From Gracilinanus agilis (lineage: Eukaryota): a stretch of DNA of 64,000 nucleotides. Below the pieces are notes generated by a model. That model worked only from the letters and a program-made list of their open reading frames with translations, was not told the origin of the DNA and did not search any database. This document shows positions 63,541-64,000 of the stretch, in pieces. The stretch lies in the NCBI RefSeq assembly GCF_016433145.1, contig NC_058133.1, forward strand, positions 65,853,749 to 65,917,748, read 5' to 3'. The first letter of the stretch is position 1. The number at the start of each line of letters is the position of its first letter. The translations under genes and the position numbers were made by a program.

Positions 63541-64000
63541 TGTAACTTAATATGCTAAGTATTTTGCTCCAGCCCCTGACTCAATCAGGCAGGGCTAATT
63601 AGTCTTCAACCAGAGGGGCCTCAGTCTTGAGCTGAGGAGTGATGGCCAAGGGCCAGGAGATGAATAAAGCAAAGGCTTCAGTCACAAAGCCTCTCTTAAG
63701 AGGAAAGTCCCTTCAGAACAATCCTGGAAAGAGTTAGTGTTTTTCATTCACCACTTGGTAGTTCAAAGGGAGAGATTTAAGAACAGTCTTACCAAGTCCA
63801 AGGTCCTAAGGTCCAGTAAGCAGATTCTTCACCAGCCTCCCACTTAAACTCCAATCTTCAAAGAATGAAGCACTTCTGTCCCACAGGAAGTTGTAACTCC
63901 CTTTTAAAGCCACTTCTTTTGTGTCACTTCCTGTGCCTTCCTCTACTTTACGTGTACCAATCACAACAAAGGCTTTGCTTAGGACTGCCCAAGGGGTAAT
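63541..64000 (-). mobile_element. ERV LTR (continues beyond the window; left edge 63501 or 63541)
   Basis: TG start, and a promoter-core block homologous to the LTR at 7096-7556. Confidence 0.75.

Larger units (their letters stand above)
1..64000 (+). other. DNM3: DNM3 transcription unit (window is internal; introns <1-19295, 19383-22836, 22908-40412, 40465-41291, 41322->64000)
   Basis: Four colinear, phase-compatible exons. I did not find the upstream TGLFTPD exon or the downstream VIRKGW exon in the window. Confidence 0.93.

Noticed and set aside
41322-64000. Expected DNM3OS / miR-214 / miR-199a-2 cluster
   Set aside because: Neither mature sequence nor its reverse complement was seen. 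From memory it lies beyond the next (PH) exon, outside this window.
1-64000. tRNA genes, snRNA pseudogenes, endogenous viral elements, NUMTs, CRISPR arrays
   Set aside because: The tRNA-like A/B boxes all belong to SINE heads. No recognisable snRNA, viral or mitochondrial sequence or repeat-spacer array was seen by eye. A tBLASTx of the unique blocks would be needed to exclude degenerate EVEs.

Overview
AT-rich, CpG-depleted marsupial genomic DNA. The young tRNA-derived SINE1_Mdo-type copies, MAR1 and WALLSI4-type SINEs and abundant L2/L3 point to an opossum, probably Monodelphis (inferred from the repeats). The whole window lies inside the dynamin-3 gene (DNM3) on the + strand. Three constitutive coding exons are present: 19296-19382, 22837-22907 and 40413-40464. 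So is the 30-nt alternative exon [10 protein letters not shown] (41292-41321). All four have GT-AG boundaries and join in frame into [29 protein letters not shown]|[51 protein letters not shown], the end of the middle/stalk region just before the PH domain. The PH-domain exon (VIRKGW...) and the DNM3OS/miR-199a-2/miR-214 cluster were not seen and presumably lie further 3'. The rest is intron, mostly transposon debris (L1 and ORF2-deleted L1, L2, L3/CR1, RTE, SINEs, two ERV LTRs, hAT MITEs), plus microsatellites and one 184-N gap. Almost all ORFs in the supplied track are repeat-derived or spurious. I found no convincing wholly new biological system. The best leads are: a read-through, truncated-dynamin form of the microexon; several candidate poison or in-frame microexons; a hAT MITE with a GC-rich core; an L1 ORF1 fused to a Ser/Thr-rich tail; two ORF2-deleted L1s sharing a 3' junction; and inverted SINE pairs bracketing exons. 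Repeat family names come from remembered consensus sequences, not a database search, and old-repeat boundaries are approximate (tens of bp).
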